This document shows, one piece after another, positions 32,323-44,285 of a stretch of DNA of 64,000 nucleotides. The stretch's first letter is position 1. Every line of letters begins with the position of its first letter. A model generated the notes under the pieces. It did no database searches and was not told where the DNA came from. It saw only the letters and a list, made by a program, of their open reading frames with translations. The stretch is from Selaginella moellendorffii (lineage: Eukaryota; Plantae; Lycopodiophyta), in assembly GCF_000143415.4 (NCBI RefSeq), contig NW_003314345.1:514574-578573 (forward strand), written 5' to 3'. A program made the position numbers and the translations under genes.

Positions 32323-35201
32323 AACCCTAAGCGAATATGCTAGCGCTTTTAATAATCCTTTACTCTTCTCACTCCTCTTTTTGCTCAAACGCTTGGGCTC
32401 TTCATCAACACTCTCATCTTGCTCATTACTAGGTAAAACCTACAAATAAAACATAAAAAATAATAATAAAAGCATTAAAATAACTTACCAAATGGATATA
32501 AACATTCATGAACCTTTGGCACAAGCACAACCATCTTTTCAGATTTTTTGACTTTGGAAATCAATGCTTGATCAGTCATAAAAACCATGGCGTAATTCCC
32601 ATCTGAAAAGATCCACAATTACCACCCACAAATAGAAATTAAGTACCTTCCATCCATTGCTCTATTGTCCATATTTTCTTCTGAATGTCTTCTTCACACT
32701 TGGCTTGCTGTCCTTCCCAAACATCCCTGTTACATTACATTACATTACATTAGGCATTTTATAAAGGTTTTAATACCTGTGTTTACTCTCAATAAATAAA
32801 AAGAAGTCCTGCAACTTGTTCTCAACATCCACCAGCTGCAGATGGATGAAGCTATCAGGTCCGTGGCTCCCAACACCAACCCAATAAAATTGCTGACGGT
32901 TGTCTTTTAGAAAGGCCTGAAATACGTCTGCTGTATGTATCTGACGAGGCTGACGTGTTGGACGTCCAAAGTTTGCACCAGCTGGCAGCCGGAACTTCAA
33001 AGCTTGCATACTTCCAGGAATGTGGAAATTGGAGGGAAGAATTTCTTTGAGCCTGAACTCAAATACTGTTCCCTCTCCCTCACGATCATGAAAAAGCCGC
33101 AACATATGTATCATCAACACAATGGACATCAGATCAAATACCTCCTTGTCTATGGGATTAGAGCTTAGTTTAGGTGGACACAAATCGAGCTCTGCCACAT
33201 GTAGGTTCTCAACGAGATGGTAAATGAGGAATGGAGAGAACATGATGGAGAAAGACCGCGTTCCATCAGCATCTTCATCTTTTGATAATTTAATCTTCTT
33301 ATTAGATGACAGCTCCTGTACATTGACACCCCATAAGTTTTGCAATAACTCTGAAATATCAAAAAAGCACCTCATTGCGTAAGAGTCCAACTAAACCGCA
33401 AGACTCTAAAGACCCCCACTTATCTTCGTATTTGCTACCTGGCCAAACTTGTTCTTCCCGACTGATCAGGGTCCCCAGCAGCGCAACATAAAAAGCTCGC
33501 AACACCAACAAATACCTCTCGTCCTTAAGGTACCCAAAATAAAAACCACGTCTGATATTACCCCATGCAGTCCTTATTGTCTCAAGGAGATCGATTTGGG
33601 TGAGATCTTGATTCACCTGTAATAAACATAGAAATTTCACATCACATCAAGGGAAAAAACAAAAACAAAAAACAAAAAAGAACAGAAGAAACCTTTTCAT
33701 AAAACTTCGAAGCATCCAAAGAAAGGTGGTCAGGCATCAACCCTCTCAAAAGGTGAACAAGCATGCGAGGATTCCCTCCTGATAACTTTATCAGGTTCCT
33801 TAGTCTGTCCTTCAGCTCAAATGGTTTCTCCATGTCCAGAGTATTTCCTAGTCGTGTAAGGAAGATTTTCGTAACTCTAACCACCTCCGTCTCTTTCAAA
33901 GGCCTGATAGGTATAAAAATACTTGTAGCCTTCGTGTAGCGCATTGTGGCCGTGGCAAATTGGGTCGTTGCTGCTGTAAGTATAGGAAACGTCAGGCTAC
34001 CTCGGGTATCTTTGATATGTTGAACGTAGGCCGAAAAAGCATCATGAATCCAGGACGATGCAGGTGGGCGGCTGGGCTCAGGTTGGGCCTTGTTGACTTC
34101 ATCAAAAAACCAAGATAGGAAAATTCGCTTATCCGCAGGAACCTTAAGACCAGTTCGAATGAAGTCGATCACATCTCCCAAAGTCAGCACATTCCTCAGG
34201 CCTGGAAATTTGCCATCCAACTCCCTGAGAAAGCAGCCATAACCAGTAGTATTCATTGGACAAAGAGCTGCATGAAGGCACCGAAGGGCCAAAACCTGTT
34301 TGGCTGCCAGGCCGTTCTCCAGGTGAATTACATGCCCTGCCCTAGTAGTTTCAACCGAATGATACATTGTAAGATCTTTGCCGGTCTCCAACACGTTGTT
34401 CACCATTTCTTTGAACTGCTTTACAAGCCTTTTGTCGCCTAGCTGATCCTCTAGAAGGCCATCTATATCCCCTGTTTTAGTGTCCCTCTCCCACGCTACT
34501 CTGAGAAGATCTGAGAGGCATGTCCCGACAGTTGTTTTACCTGCGCCGGGAAATCCGATGAGCATCAACAAGAACTCTCTTTGTTCAATATCCGAGGCAT
34601 TGGCCGTCGTGTTCATGAAAGTTCCAAACACCCTTGCAGCGGCTGCCATGAGATGCTGAATCGTCTCCTCCCTTCCGACCAACGTAAAATATTCTCCCAA
34701 GTCCGTATGTAAACACGGCGGCCCACCGTTGTCCAGAAGAGGCAACTTGCAGGTTGACACCCTCGTCTCAGGCATCCCGTGAAAACACCTTGCGCGCTGC
34801 AGTTTTTCTCCGTATACATCCAGCAACTTCGACACTACAACACAAACCGATGCAAAACGAACTCATTATAAAACAACGGAAGAGAAACCATACAAGTGGA
34901 AGTGCTTACCTGGCGCAGCTTGAAGTGTTATTGCCGAAACAGAAATGTAAACTTGTCAGTTAGGCAAATACATAGCCACACACATGGAAACAGGCGCAGC
35001 CAGAGAATCCAAACATAGAGGAAGGCAAGTCAACCACTTACTCTCAAGCTCCCGCAGCCTTTCATCCCACAGCTGCTTCTTTGCCTCCCGCAGCTGCTTC
35101 TTTTCCTCCCGCAGCTGCTTCCTCTTCCTGGTATCTTTTTCCTTTTCGATTTGCTTCTCGACTCCTTCAATTTTCTCCTCTACGCTCTCATCCAGCTCCA
35201 T
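32323..35201 (-). CDS. Second Crinkler/RHS (CR)-type protein: coiled-coil header + P-loop NTPase + PD-(D/E)xK nuclease, multi-exon (3' end uncertain)
   Basis: Header exon 35201-35042 (RKQLREEKKQLREAKKQLWDE, phase-1 GTAAGT), a small exon ending at 34910, a large exon 34834-33692 with LVGREET, GFPGAGKTT, WFFDEVN, IPIRPL and SGGNPRML, then GSHGPDSFIHL...LFIESKH nuclease motif. A ~55-nt intron at ~33317-33371 reconciles the frames. Confidence 0.72.
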
Positions 35202-36871
35202 GCTGGGGAGATCCACTTCCACACTGTTAACCCTAGCCACCCTTAAATCTTTTACAATCCTAAAGAAACTAGTGGAAACGCTAAAAAAGACGAATTATGG
35301 TTTATATTAAAGATACTTAACAAAGTAAGATTAAACACTAATTACAAATGAATTAGTAAAAAATCAAGGTGGTGATACTCCTCTAGCATAGATTGAGGAC
35401 CACTACCATAACATAAAGCAGTTTATGCAAAAGTTAAAATATATAATAGAGTAGTCACCTTTCTTTGGCGAATAATGAGTGGTTTAGACATGACATAGTA
35501 TTAGATAGTATGACCATTTTTTCAGAGGAATTTAGGTAACATTGTTATAAGGTTTTTGTAACAATGGTTTTGTGCATAAATATATAATAACATACAATTA
35601 TGAAGATAGTCTTTTATATATATTATGGCGCCGATCCAAGGCCTTAAACATCATCTAACATACTCCCTTTTGTTGCATGAGCAATCCTATTAATGTGATG
35701 GTATGCTCTAAGTACATATGAAAGCTTTCTACATTACTTTGGTTATATATATGATTGCAAAGGCGTAGTAACTCTTTGAAAAATAAAACTACTATGTGCA
35801 TCAACAATAAAGAGGGACTTTACATATGTATCTCATGAAAAAATCTTAAAGTGAGGTCATATTGGATAGTATGACCATTTTCATACTATGTATAGTTATG
35901 CTAGTATGTAAAATCCCTAGCATGACTTTACATAGTATGACGTATAGTTATATTACCCAATGATACTTCATACTATAACCATGAAATATGTAAAGTCATA
36001 CTAGCATATGTATAACTAGCCTATGTCCACTTTAATAGGAAGTGGACATATTGAAACACATGTAGAGAATTAACTCTTTATGAAACTCATTCTAGCCAAA
36101 TATAAACCACAACAACTCTTACCATTTTCTAATTGACTCTATTTCCTACATCTTTTAATTTTTCATTGACATACATAGTCCTTTATATCATCAAGTTCTC
36201 ACATTGAGGAGGCTACTTATAAAGCACATGAAATATTTCACACTCTTGAGGGGATACACCCATTCAAAGTCAATGCTCTTGAGATAATGGTGCAATATGC
36301 ATTAGTCCATTCCAAATGAAGTGGCAAGATTTTCATTTGGTAACCTTCCTTGAAGTTGGTACTCAACCACAAAAGAACTTCCTCACTCATTCATTTATTT
36401 ATCTATACCATGAATATTCAGGTATATTGTTGGGAAGGCATGACTCCATATTTGCCAATTGCAATGTTTAGTCATAGTCAAATTTAGACAAACTTTTAGC
36501 CTATTTGCAACATATCTACATTACATAGATTTTATATTTGGAATCTAAATTAAATTTGGAGTATTAGCTTATGAGAAGCTTATTATGTGGACATGGACAA
36601 AAAACTAAAACTCATAGATGTGGTTGAGATGAGAAATTACATTTCACCACTACTATATGCATATATCCTCACCTTGTAGGTTGTTAGAGGTTGCTCAAGC
36701 TTACATTCACACTAAGTCATGAAGAAACTTCATATTGCTACCATGTGTTGCATGGAGCTATTACCTCACTTACTTAGAATATCCTCCTTGAACATCCATC
36801 TCCTCATGTAGGGCTTTGTTTTTTACCTCTTTATATGGAGTGCTTAGAGTGGAGATCTTGGTATAGGTAGT

Positions 36872-37106
36872 TATAAACAACTAAAGAAAATAACTCAAAA
36901 AATGATTTTTTGAGGTTCAAATATAAAAGAAAAAGGCCCATGAATAAAAAAGAGAATGACTTGGATGACAATTCATTAAAATTTAAATATAAAAGGAAAG
37001 GGCCCATAAACAAGAATTCACCCTCTTTTCCAATCAGTTAAAAGTTTTGGGATATTTGAGGTTAAATGTATTTAGGTTGGGGTGGGTCCAAATTCAAAAG
37101 CTTATA
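36872..37106 (+). repeat. Highly decayed Cassandra-type LTR with internal duplication and eroded 5S core
   Basis: tataaacaactaaag...gaggttcaaatataaa...aaagggcccat...ttttccaatcagttaa...gggatatttgaggttaa...tccaaattcaaaagcttata follows the LTR 24321-24514. Confidence 0.7.
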
Positions 37107-38330
37107 ATAGCATCCACTTTCTAATGTCTATGAGCTTGAAGTGTTCACTTCACAAAAATGTTAAAAATGTTAATTGTTTGGAGCTTCCTTCTACACTATA
37201 TTATATAAAGCCCTCTTCACCATCACCTTCTGCATGTGTGGAGGGGTTCCTCCATAATATTACAAAAAGGCTTAATATGAACTAGCCCAAAACCCTTTAT
37301 TAGGTAAGGGATATTGTTCATTTCATTAGTTTTAGAGGGAGATTCAAGTCTTTTGAATTTGTGATGAAATATTCTAGAGAAGATTTTAGAAATCAATGGA
37401 GCTAATGCCTTACCACAGTTGTAATGAAGTCCAATTGATCACTCAAAACCACCAGAACACCCTAAAAATTAATAGAGCTAATGTTTTCTCATGGTTCAAT
37501 TAATCACTCAAAACCATTGCAGTTTTGTCACTTTATAGCCTAGATTAAGATATCACACCCATAATAGCTTAGCAGATCTTTCCATTAATCAGGGTGTGAC
37601 ACCTATAGTTAATATTGCAATCATGATAGCTCATCTCTTTCCACTATATCTATCTTGGTGGCATGTTATCTATGAAAATGCCATTGCCAAATGATTGGAA
37701 GGTGAATAGAGGCTCTATGAGATTAGAGCCCACACAAAAGGAGGGAAATGGTCATAATCAAAACATCATAAATTTGCATTCAATGAGACATGAATGAGAC
37801 AAATGTTAAATTGTAATAGTTGTCATATTATTAGTTAGTTTTGCATATTATAGGCAATTTAAGTTAGATTCATATATAAGATACCCCACATCAATATGAT
37901 ATGCAATAAAAAATTAAAATTAAAAGAAAGATATACCCATATGCAATCATATTTTTCTTGCCATATCTGCTTAGTATAATTTAATACATAAGATATTAAA
38001 ATAAAAAGTAAATCTGAACAGTTCAATTCAAAATGAATGAATGATACTTTTAAACACGCTTAAAAACTATTTAAATATGTTATGAATAACCTTTAAAGAA
38101 GCTTCTAATGTATTTTTAAAGAAACTTGTTTTATTCACTTTTATAATAATAAGAACTAAATGTAAAGCTGGAGAAAATGGAAATGTAATAGAACTGAAAA
38201 TATAGTTCATAACAAGTGTAAAATCATGAAAATAATTAATAAAATAAAAAATTAATATATTTTTTAAAATTAAACAAAACAATCATTCTTAAGAAATATG
38301 TTAACTATTCTTTAACTAAACAAAACAGCT

Positions 38331-39067
38331 TTACATCATGTGAAACACTGGGGTCTTGGTGAAAAATTCCGTGACCACCAACGCCAGGAATCCAAGCATG
38401 GCCGTCCGCCCATTCCAGCGCTCGGCCATGGCTCTAAACGGACCCAAAGATCGGCTATCAGGGCTCTCTCCCTTAAACAGGGGAACCAGCGACGCATACG
38501 CAAAGAGCTGTGCCACCGCCAAGAAATTAAACAAGCCAAAGTTGCCCGGCGCGTAGAGCTGCTCGGCCACCGTTTGTCCCGTCATCCTCTCCACCGCAAA
38601 TGCCCACAAGATTCCAACCATTGCCTGTACAATTAGAGATCAATCAATCCAGAAACTTAGAACAAAGTTGCATAGATCTCCAAATTGAAGGAAGAACTTA
38701 CCAGTCTGCCATTGATCGTCTCTGGGCCAGCGCCATCAAACGCCATCAAGCTCGCGAACGATCGATCGCCCGTCTCCGGCCGCCTCTCAATCTCCGGCCT
38801 CGGCCACAATGCTCCGGACGATGGCACCGCTCCAAACACAGACCGCTTCTCCGACTCGTTCTCGGCCTGGTTCTTGAGAACATCCTCGCGGCTGATCTCC
38901 TTCTTGGTCTTGTCCAAAACGCTGCTGATTCCATCGCCTCGTCCATTGTCCGAGGAAGCTCTCACTGGCAGCAGGATCAAGGAGCGATTGGATCGAGACT
39001 TGGGCGCGGCGGATTTGGAGAGCCAGGAAGGGATTGTTGCAATGCTACTGCCTGCTGCGAGTGCCAT
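38331..39067 (-). CDS. ELIP: Early light-induced protein (three-helix LHC family), exons 39067-38702 and 38624-38331
   Basis: Transit peptide, AFDGAGPETINGRL|AMVG and AERWNGRTAMLG chlorophyll-binding motifs, YASLVPLFKG, in-frame GT-AG intron. Confidence 0.93.
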
Positions 39068-39192
39068 TTTGCAGAAAAATCGCAAAGTAGTGAAAGATCG
39101 CTCGAAAAACCGCTAGAAAAGCTTGGAAGAACTTGGCTAGAACTTGTGAATGAGCTATGGAACGATGTGCTTCTTCTACTACAGGGCTTGGG

Positions 39193-39247
39193 TTTTATAT
39201 ACAAAAGAAATACAACACGTGGCAACGCCCAATGCTTCATACACGTC
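39193..39247 (-). promoter_or_regulatory. ELIP promoter: TATA box plus G-box/ABRE
   Basis: TATATAAAA (minus, 39201-39193), ACACGTGGC 39215-23 and a second ACACGTC 39241-47 in the ELIP/PPR divergent spacer. Confidence 0.6.
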
Positions 39248-39411
39248 GTAGAAAGAATTTTGCAATGTGTCGCGAAATATGCGGTAAAACGTACCTTTAA
39301 TACTCCTCTCTTCTGCCCTACAGGCGATTGTTTTAAATTTGCTAGAATATGCTCACTATCACATCCACCGTTAAAATCTCAACGATGGGATTTAGGGTTC
39401 CTTGATGGAGG

Positions 39412-41475
39412 ATGCTATGGCGGCATTTGCAGCCGCTGAGGAAGAAGCGAGCCCTAGCGGCAGCGGCCGTGGACATTCTTGCGCAGCGCAATCCTGCGCC
39501 CAGATCTTTGCCGCCATGGCCGGATCACGGCGGCGACCACGGCGGCGATCGCCAGCAGCCTCGCGCCCAGGTGAATGTCATCCACATCTTCGCGTCTCTC
39601 CTCCGGAAATGCGACTCCCCAGCGGCGCTGGAGCACGGCAAGCGCATCCACGCACAGCTGATCGCGGCGTGCCCCCAAAATCTCTCCCAGAATCTCTCCA
39701 TGGCAGTGCTGCTCATCAGAATGTATGGCAAGTGTGGCAGCCCCGGCGATGCCAAGGCCGTCTTCGACGATCTGTGCGTCAAGGACGGGAGATTGGCAAG
39801 AGAGATCTCGCTCTGGAACAGCCTCCTCACGGGATTCGTCCACAATCGCAAGAACAAGGAGGCGCTGAGGGTCTACAAGGAGCTGTGTGATCGCGGCAGG
39901 GATCTAGATCTAGAGCCAAGCGCCGGGACATTGGTCCAGGCGCTGGTGGCGTGCTCTAGCCTGCGTGATCTCGGCACTGGCAAGGCGATCCACTCGCGGG
40001 CGATCGCGCTGGGCTGCGATCGCCAGGTTGCCGTGGGCACGACGCTCATCGACATGTATGCCAAGTGTGGATGCATCGAGGAGGCGCGGCGGATCTTCGA
40101 GAAGATGGAGTCGCGGACGCTGGCGACCTGGAACGCGATGCTCGCTTGCTATGCCCAGAATGGGCATCTGGAGGAGACGATGGGGCTCTACCGGAGGATG
40201 GCGATCGAGGGCGTCGCCGGCGGCGCGGATGCGTGCACGCTCTCGATCGTCCTCAGCGTTTGCAAGCTCGGGGATGCGCGCCAGATCCACGCGCGCGCGA
40301 TCGTGAGTGGATTGGAATCCCACGCGGTCGTGGGCACCGCGCTGGTTCGATCGTATGGGCGATGGGGGAGCGTGGGCGAGGCGATGGCCGCGTTTGATCA
40401 AGTGGAGAGCAAGGATGTGGTGTGCTGGACGGCGATCATGGCCGTGCTGGTCGCCCGGGGATTGCCCGATCGAGCAGTGGAGCTCTACCGGGGCGCGATC
40501 GCGCGGGGCGTGGAGCCGGATTGCTACACTCTCTCCACGATCTTGGGCGCTTGCCGGGATCTAGAGACCGGGCAGGAGATCCATCGCGTGGCCGCGGCTA
40601 GGGCTTGCGATCGCGATGCCGTCGTGGGCACGGCGCTGGTCGCGATGTATGGGCGATGCAAAAGGATCGACGAGGCCAAGAGGGCGTTCGATCGGATCCA
40701 GGGAAAGAATGTGGTGTCCTGGAACGCGATTCTAGCGGCGTATGCCGAGGCCGGATTGGATGCCGGGGTGTTGGAGCTCTTGGATTCGATCGATGTGGTG
40801 CCGGATGTGCTCGTCTTCTCCAAAGCCCTTGCGGCGTGTGCCAGTCTCGGGGATCTTGCCGTGGGGCGGCGGCTCCACGACTGGATCGTCGCCCAGGAGC
40901 TGGAATCCGAGACCACGGTGGAGAATGGATTGATCAGCATGTATGCGCGGTGTGGGAGCTGGGGTCGCGCAAAGGCAGTGTTTGCTCGGCGCGCTAGGGA
41001 CGATCCGGTGTCCTGGAACGCGATAATCTCCGCGGCGGCGCGATTCAATCAGCTGGATCTGGTGCTGGATCTTCTCCGGGAGATGAGCGGCGATGGCGTC
41101 GACGCGGGCGAGATCACATTCACGAGTGTCTTGCACGCTTGCGCCCACGCCGGCGTGGCGATGGAGGGCGTGGAGATCTTCAAGCTCGTGGAGGAATTTG
41201 GCTGCGAGGCGATTCCGGATCACTTCCACTGCCTGATCGATCTGTTTGGGCGGCTGGGGATGATGGAGGAGGCCGAGGCGCTCATCGATGGGATGCCATT
41301 CGAGCCGGATCTGGTGGCGTGGACGAGCTTGGCTGGGGCTTGCAAGCTCCACCGGGATCTCGATCGCGCGGCTCGCTGCGCTGAGAATGTGGCGGCGCTC
41401 AACATGCGTATCTCTGGGCCTTTTGTTCTTCTTTGCAGCATCTGGAACGATCCCGACGAAGAGATTCTCTCTTGA
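39412..41475 (+). CDS. PLS-class pentatricopeptide repeat protein with E domain (organellar RNA editing factor type), 687 aa
   Basis: Repeated MYGKCG/MYAKCG...A..FD...VSWNA motifs, HFHCLIDLFGRLG...MPFEPDLVAWTSLAGACKLH E-domain, no DYW. Confidence 0.93.
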   Translation: MLWRHLQPLRKKRALAAAAVDILAQRNPAPRSLPPWPDHGGDHGGDRQQPRAQVNVIHIFASLLRKCDSPAALEHGKRIHAQLIAACPQNLSQNLSMAVLLIRMYGKCGSPGDAKAVFDDLCVKDGRLAREISLWNSLLTGFVHNRKNKEALRVYKELCDRGRDLDLEPSAGTLVQALVACSSLRDLGTGKAIHSRAIALGCDRQVAVGTTLIDMYAKCGCIEEARRIFEKMESRTLATWNAMLACYAQNGHLEETMGLYRRMAIEGVAGGADACTLSIVLSVCKLGDARQIHARAIVSGLESHAVVGTALVRSYGRWGSVGEAMAAFDQVESKDVVCWTAIMAVLVARGLPDRAVELYRGAIARGVEPDCYTLSTILGACRDLETGQEIHRVAAARACDRDAVVGTALVAMYGRCKRIDEAKRAFDRIQGKNVVSWNAILAAYAEAGLDAGVLELLDSIDVVPDVLVFSKALAACASLGDLAVGRRLHDWIVAQELESETTVENGLISMYARCGSWGRAKAVFARRARDDPVSWNAIISAAARFNQLDLVLDLLREMSGDGVDAGEITFTSVLHACAHAGVAMEGVEIFKLVEEFGCEAIPDHFHCLIDLFGRLGMMEEAEALIDGMPFEPDLVAWTSLAGACKLHRDLDRAARCAENVAALNMRISGPFVLLCSIWNDPDEEILS

Positions 41476-41547
41476 GGCGCTCTTGCGAGTTTAAAATGAC
41501 CATAAACCCTATTTTCTTTGTGCATTTGCGGGGGAGAAAGGAAGAAG

Positions 41548-43745
41548 ATGGGAGCGAGGCTGTCAGCTGGTAATGCCGCTTCTTCCCAGCGAATTTCTGG
41601 AATCGCCTTGCAGGATCAAGCGCCGACGCTCAAGAGTCGACCGATCGAGGCAGCGACATCGACAGGAAGAAGATCTCAACTGGTAATGCCGCTTCTTCGC
41701 AGCGAATTTCTGGAATCGCCTTGCAGGATCAAGCGCCGACGGTCAAGAATCCACCGATCGAGGCAGCGACGTCGACAAGTCAACTGGTAATGCCTCTTTT
41801 TCCCAGCGATTTTCTAGAATCGCCTTGCAGGATCAAGCGCCAACTCTCAAGAATCGACCGATCGAGACAGCGGCATCGAAATATCGTCACGATGGAGCCG
41901 TTATCGAACGTGTTGCGGGATATTTCGGCTCTTCTTCGCTTGCGGAGCTCCTACGAATGACGATCCTTCTCTATCTTCGTCGACATCTTCGTCGACATCC
42001 AATGAGGAAACCGGTATCTCGCTATCGTCTTGCTCGTGTTTGATCCTAGTTCTTCTTGCTATACGTTTGTCCAAGTTGCTGGAGCCGAGCACAAGGATTG
42101 CAAGCAAACCACTGGTAAGCGCATCGTTTTCATTCTCAATCCGGTTGATCACTCACTCGAAGCTAACTGATATTACCAGAGCCCGATAGTTCCAAGGTAT
42201 GGAATCTGCTCAGCTTTGCGAAAAGATCTCTACGTCGGGTTTCAAAGAAGAAGACCTCTTCTTTTGCCGCTCGGGAGCTTCATCGCTTGGGCTTCTTCTT
42301 CGACTCGGATCTTCGGCTCAGGGATAGCCTCTCAGGTAAAGATATATAAGATCGGATCTAATTGTTTTTTCACTCTTTCGCAGAAAGGCTTACCCTGGAA
42401 AAGTTTAACAAGGTAATGCGTGTTACATGGTTGTTCGTTATAAACATGCATTGTAACAGGAAGCTGGCTACAAGAAACTCGTCGATGCGGTCGCGGATTA
42501 CATTCAAATGCTCATGGTCGAGGTTGGAGCTGATTTCCTAGGAACTTTCTAGCGCTCAAAAACTATCCGTGATGTCAGACTTATGGTATGACGCGGGAAA
42601 CATTCACTCTGAAAAGGACTTTAGCTTTGGCTTATGGTGGGGTAAGTACACAATTCACAACAGTAACCGAGCCTAACTTCTCATTACGCAGGTGGTCCAG
42701 AAAATGGAAAGCACGGTGTTCCTGTCACCTAATGCTAAGACAGCACGGGCGCTGGTTATCCTTTTGTGTGGGCGTGGAGAATTGAAGTACGTTTTTCACT
42801 TAGCCCAAAGTTTTCTGACTTTCGGTTTTACAAACAGTGCTGGCCAGTGGTCGAGGAGCCTCTGTCTCACGGTGATATGCATTCTCTAGTATTCTAAAGT
42901 TTTGGTTTTGAATTTGTCCAGGACTCTCTTCGTACAGGCAGCGTTTTGCCATTTCTGGGTAATGTATCAATGCCTGTATGATCTTCTTAACTGAACCTTT
43001 CATATTCAGAGTGGGCTCATGAGCTTGATATTGCGGTGCTTGTCCTGAACCCAAACGAGGTGATGCTTAATGGAAAAAAGGTATAGCTTACCGTATTTCC
43101 AGCGAACACGTCGAATTGACAGAGAAAAGCAACTTTCAGCAACAAGCAAGCTTTGAAGCTCTTCTTGACCACGTTTTGTGTGCCTGGGACCTTGTGTCTG
43201 CGACTTTCCCTGACAAAATGCTGGCGTTGGTTGCGCACGCCTATGGGGGAACACTCGCTATCGAGCTTCTAAAGCACCGAGGTTTAAAATGACGATCAAT
43301 TGTCTTGTTTTACATCTCCGTGTTTCTGGCAGGATGGGGAGCACTCCAGCGACTGAGATGCATTGGATTCTGTGATGCACAAATTCCAGATGGTTCATTA
43401 CGAGTAAGTTTCCTTCCTTGAAAGTTTACGAGATAGTAAAGTGTTCACTCTTAGGTGCTTTCGTACGATCAACTCAAGTTTCTTGAAGGCAATGCCGTCA
43501 ACTGGGTTTCAAGCCAAGAACCACTCGACAAAAGACTGTGTGGTGTTTCTTCTCCGGACCTCTTCGGCACCATAAAGAAGAACCCGATGGAGCATCTATC
43601 GTCGGGAACAACGAAGGGAGATGGAGTCGTAATGTCCGCCTTCGATTCGCTTTGCAACTTCATCCTGTCGAAACTAGATGTGCCAGACGATGCTGACCGT
43701 GAAGGTAGAGATGAACAATCAGAATCTTCGGCGCAAGGAGTGTAA
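41548..43745 (+). CDS. FAM172/ARB2-domain protein (multi-exon, 3' end approximate)
   Basis: STVFLSPNAKTARALVILLCGRGEL / AGQWSRSLC, AVLVLNPN, AHAYGG, IGFCDA, AVNWVSSQEPLD...SSGT resemble FAM172/Arb2 motifs. The spliced N-terminus starts MGARLSAG. Exon structure not fully verified. Confidence 0.65.
41563..41879 (+). repeat. Triplicated intron+exon unit (periods 113 and 104 nt)
   Basis: Three copies of the 44-nt GTAATGCC...CCTTGCAG (41570-613, 41683-726, 41787-830), each followed by GATCAAGCGCC. Confidence 0.88.
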
Positions 43746-44285
43746 GGTAAGTATCTGTGGGCTGTATCAACTGATTCGACTTTTAAGTTTTTTCTTGCAG
43801 TCTCATGGAGCTTGTAGCTATATACTGATTCGACATTTTGGTGGTCAACTGGATATATAATTCGATATTGCGATATTTCGTCGTGCCCATTCGTATCTAC
43901 GGTGATTTGCTACTAGAGGTATGAGCAGACTTTTGAACAGAGAGGTTGACTTCCTGACGGTGCGTTTGTTGTATACAGCTTCACTGGATTATGAAAATAT
44001 GTTTTCGTAGATCTTAGCACTAGACTGTTCTATCTGAAAAGTAAGTATACTTCTGACCGTTTGGTCGAGTTCTCAGACCGTGAGCGAGGCCTCGTGGCTT
44101 GCTGAACTTGTCAAACATGTTTATGTCAACCTTCTGCCTCGAGAGGACAGTAATGTCTCAGGTAACAGTACTCGTTTGTTGAAATACTCGTTTACTGAAA
44201 TACTTGTTCTAATATATGTTTATACCAGCCTGCTGGTCAATTTAAACGGGAAGGCGTCGTCTTCTCGCGCCTAGATGCGCACACG

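Noticed and set aside
33317-33390. Apparent frameshift in the second CR gene
   Set aside because: Resolved by a ~55-nt phase-0 GT...CAG intron (LRNE|ELSS). The last exons (32323-32730) remain uncertain.
39402-41525. Many 60-200 aa ORFs overlapping the PPR gene
   Set aside because: GC-rich shadow frames lacking stops.
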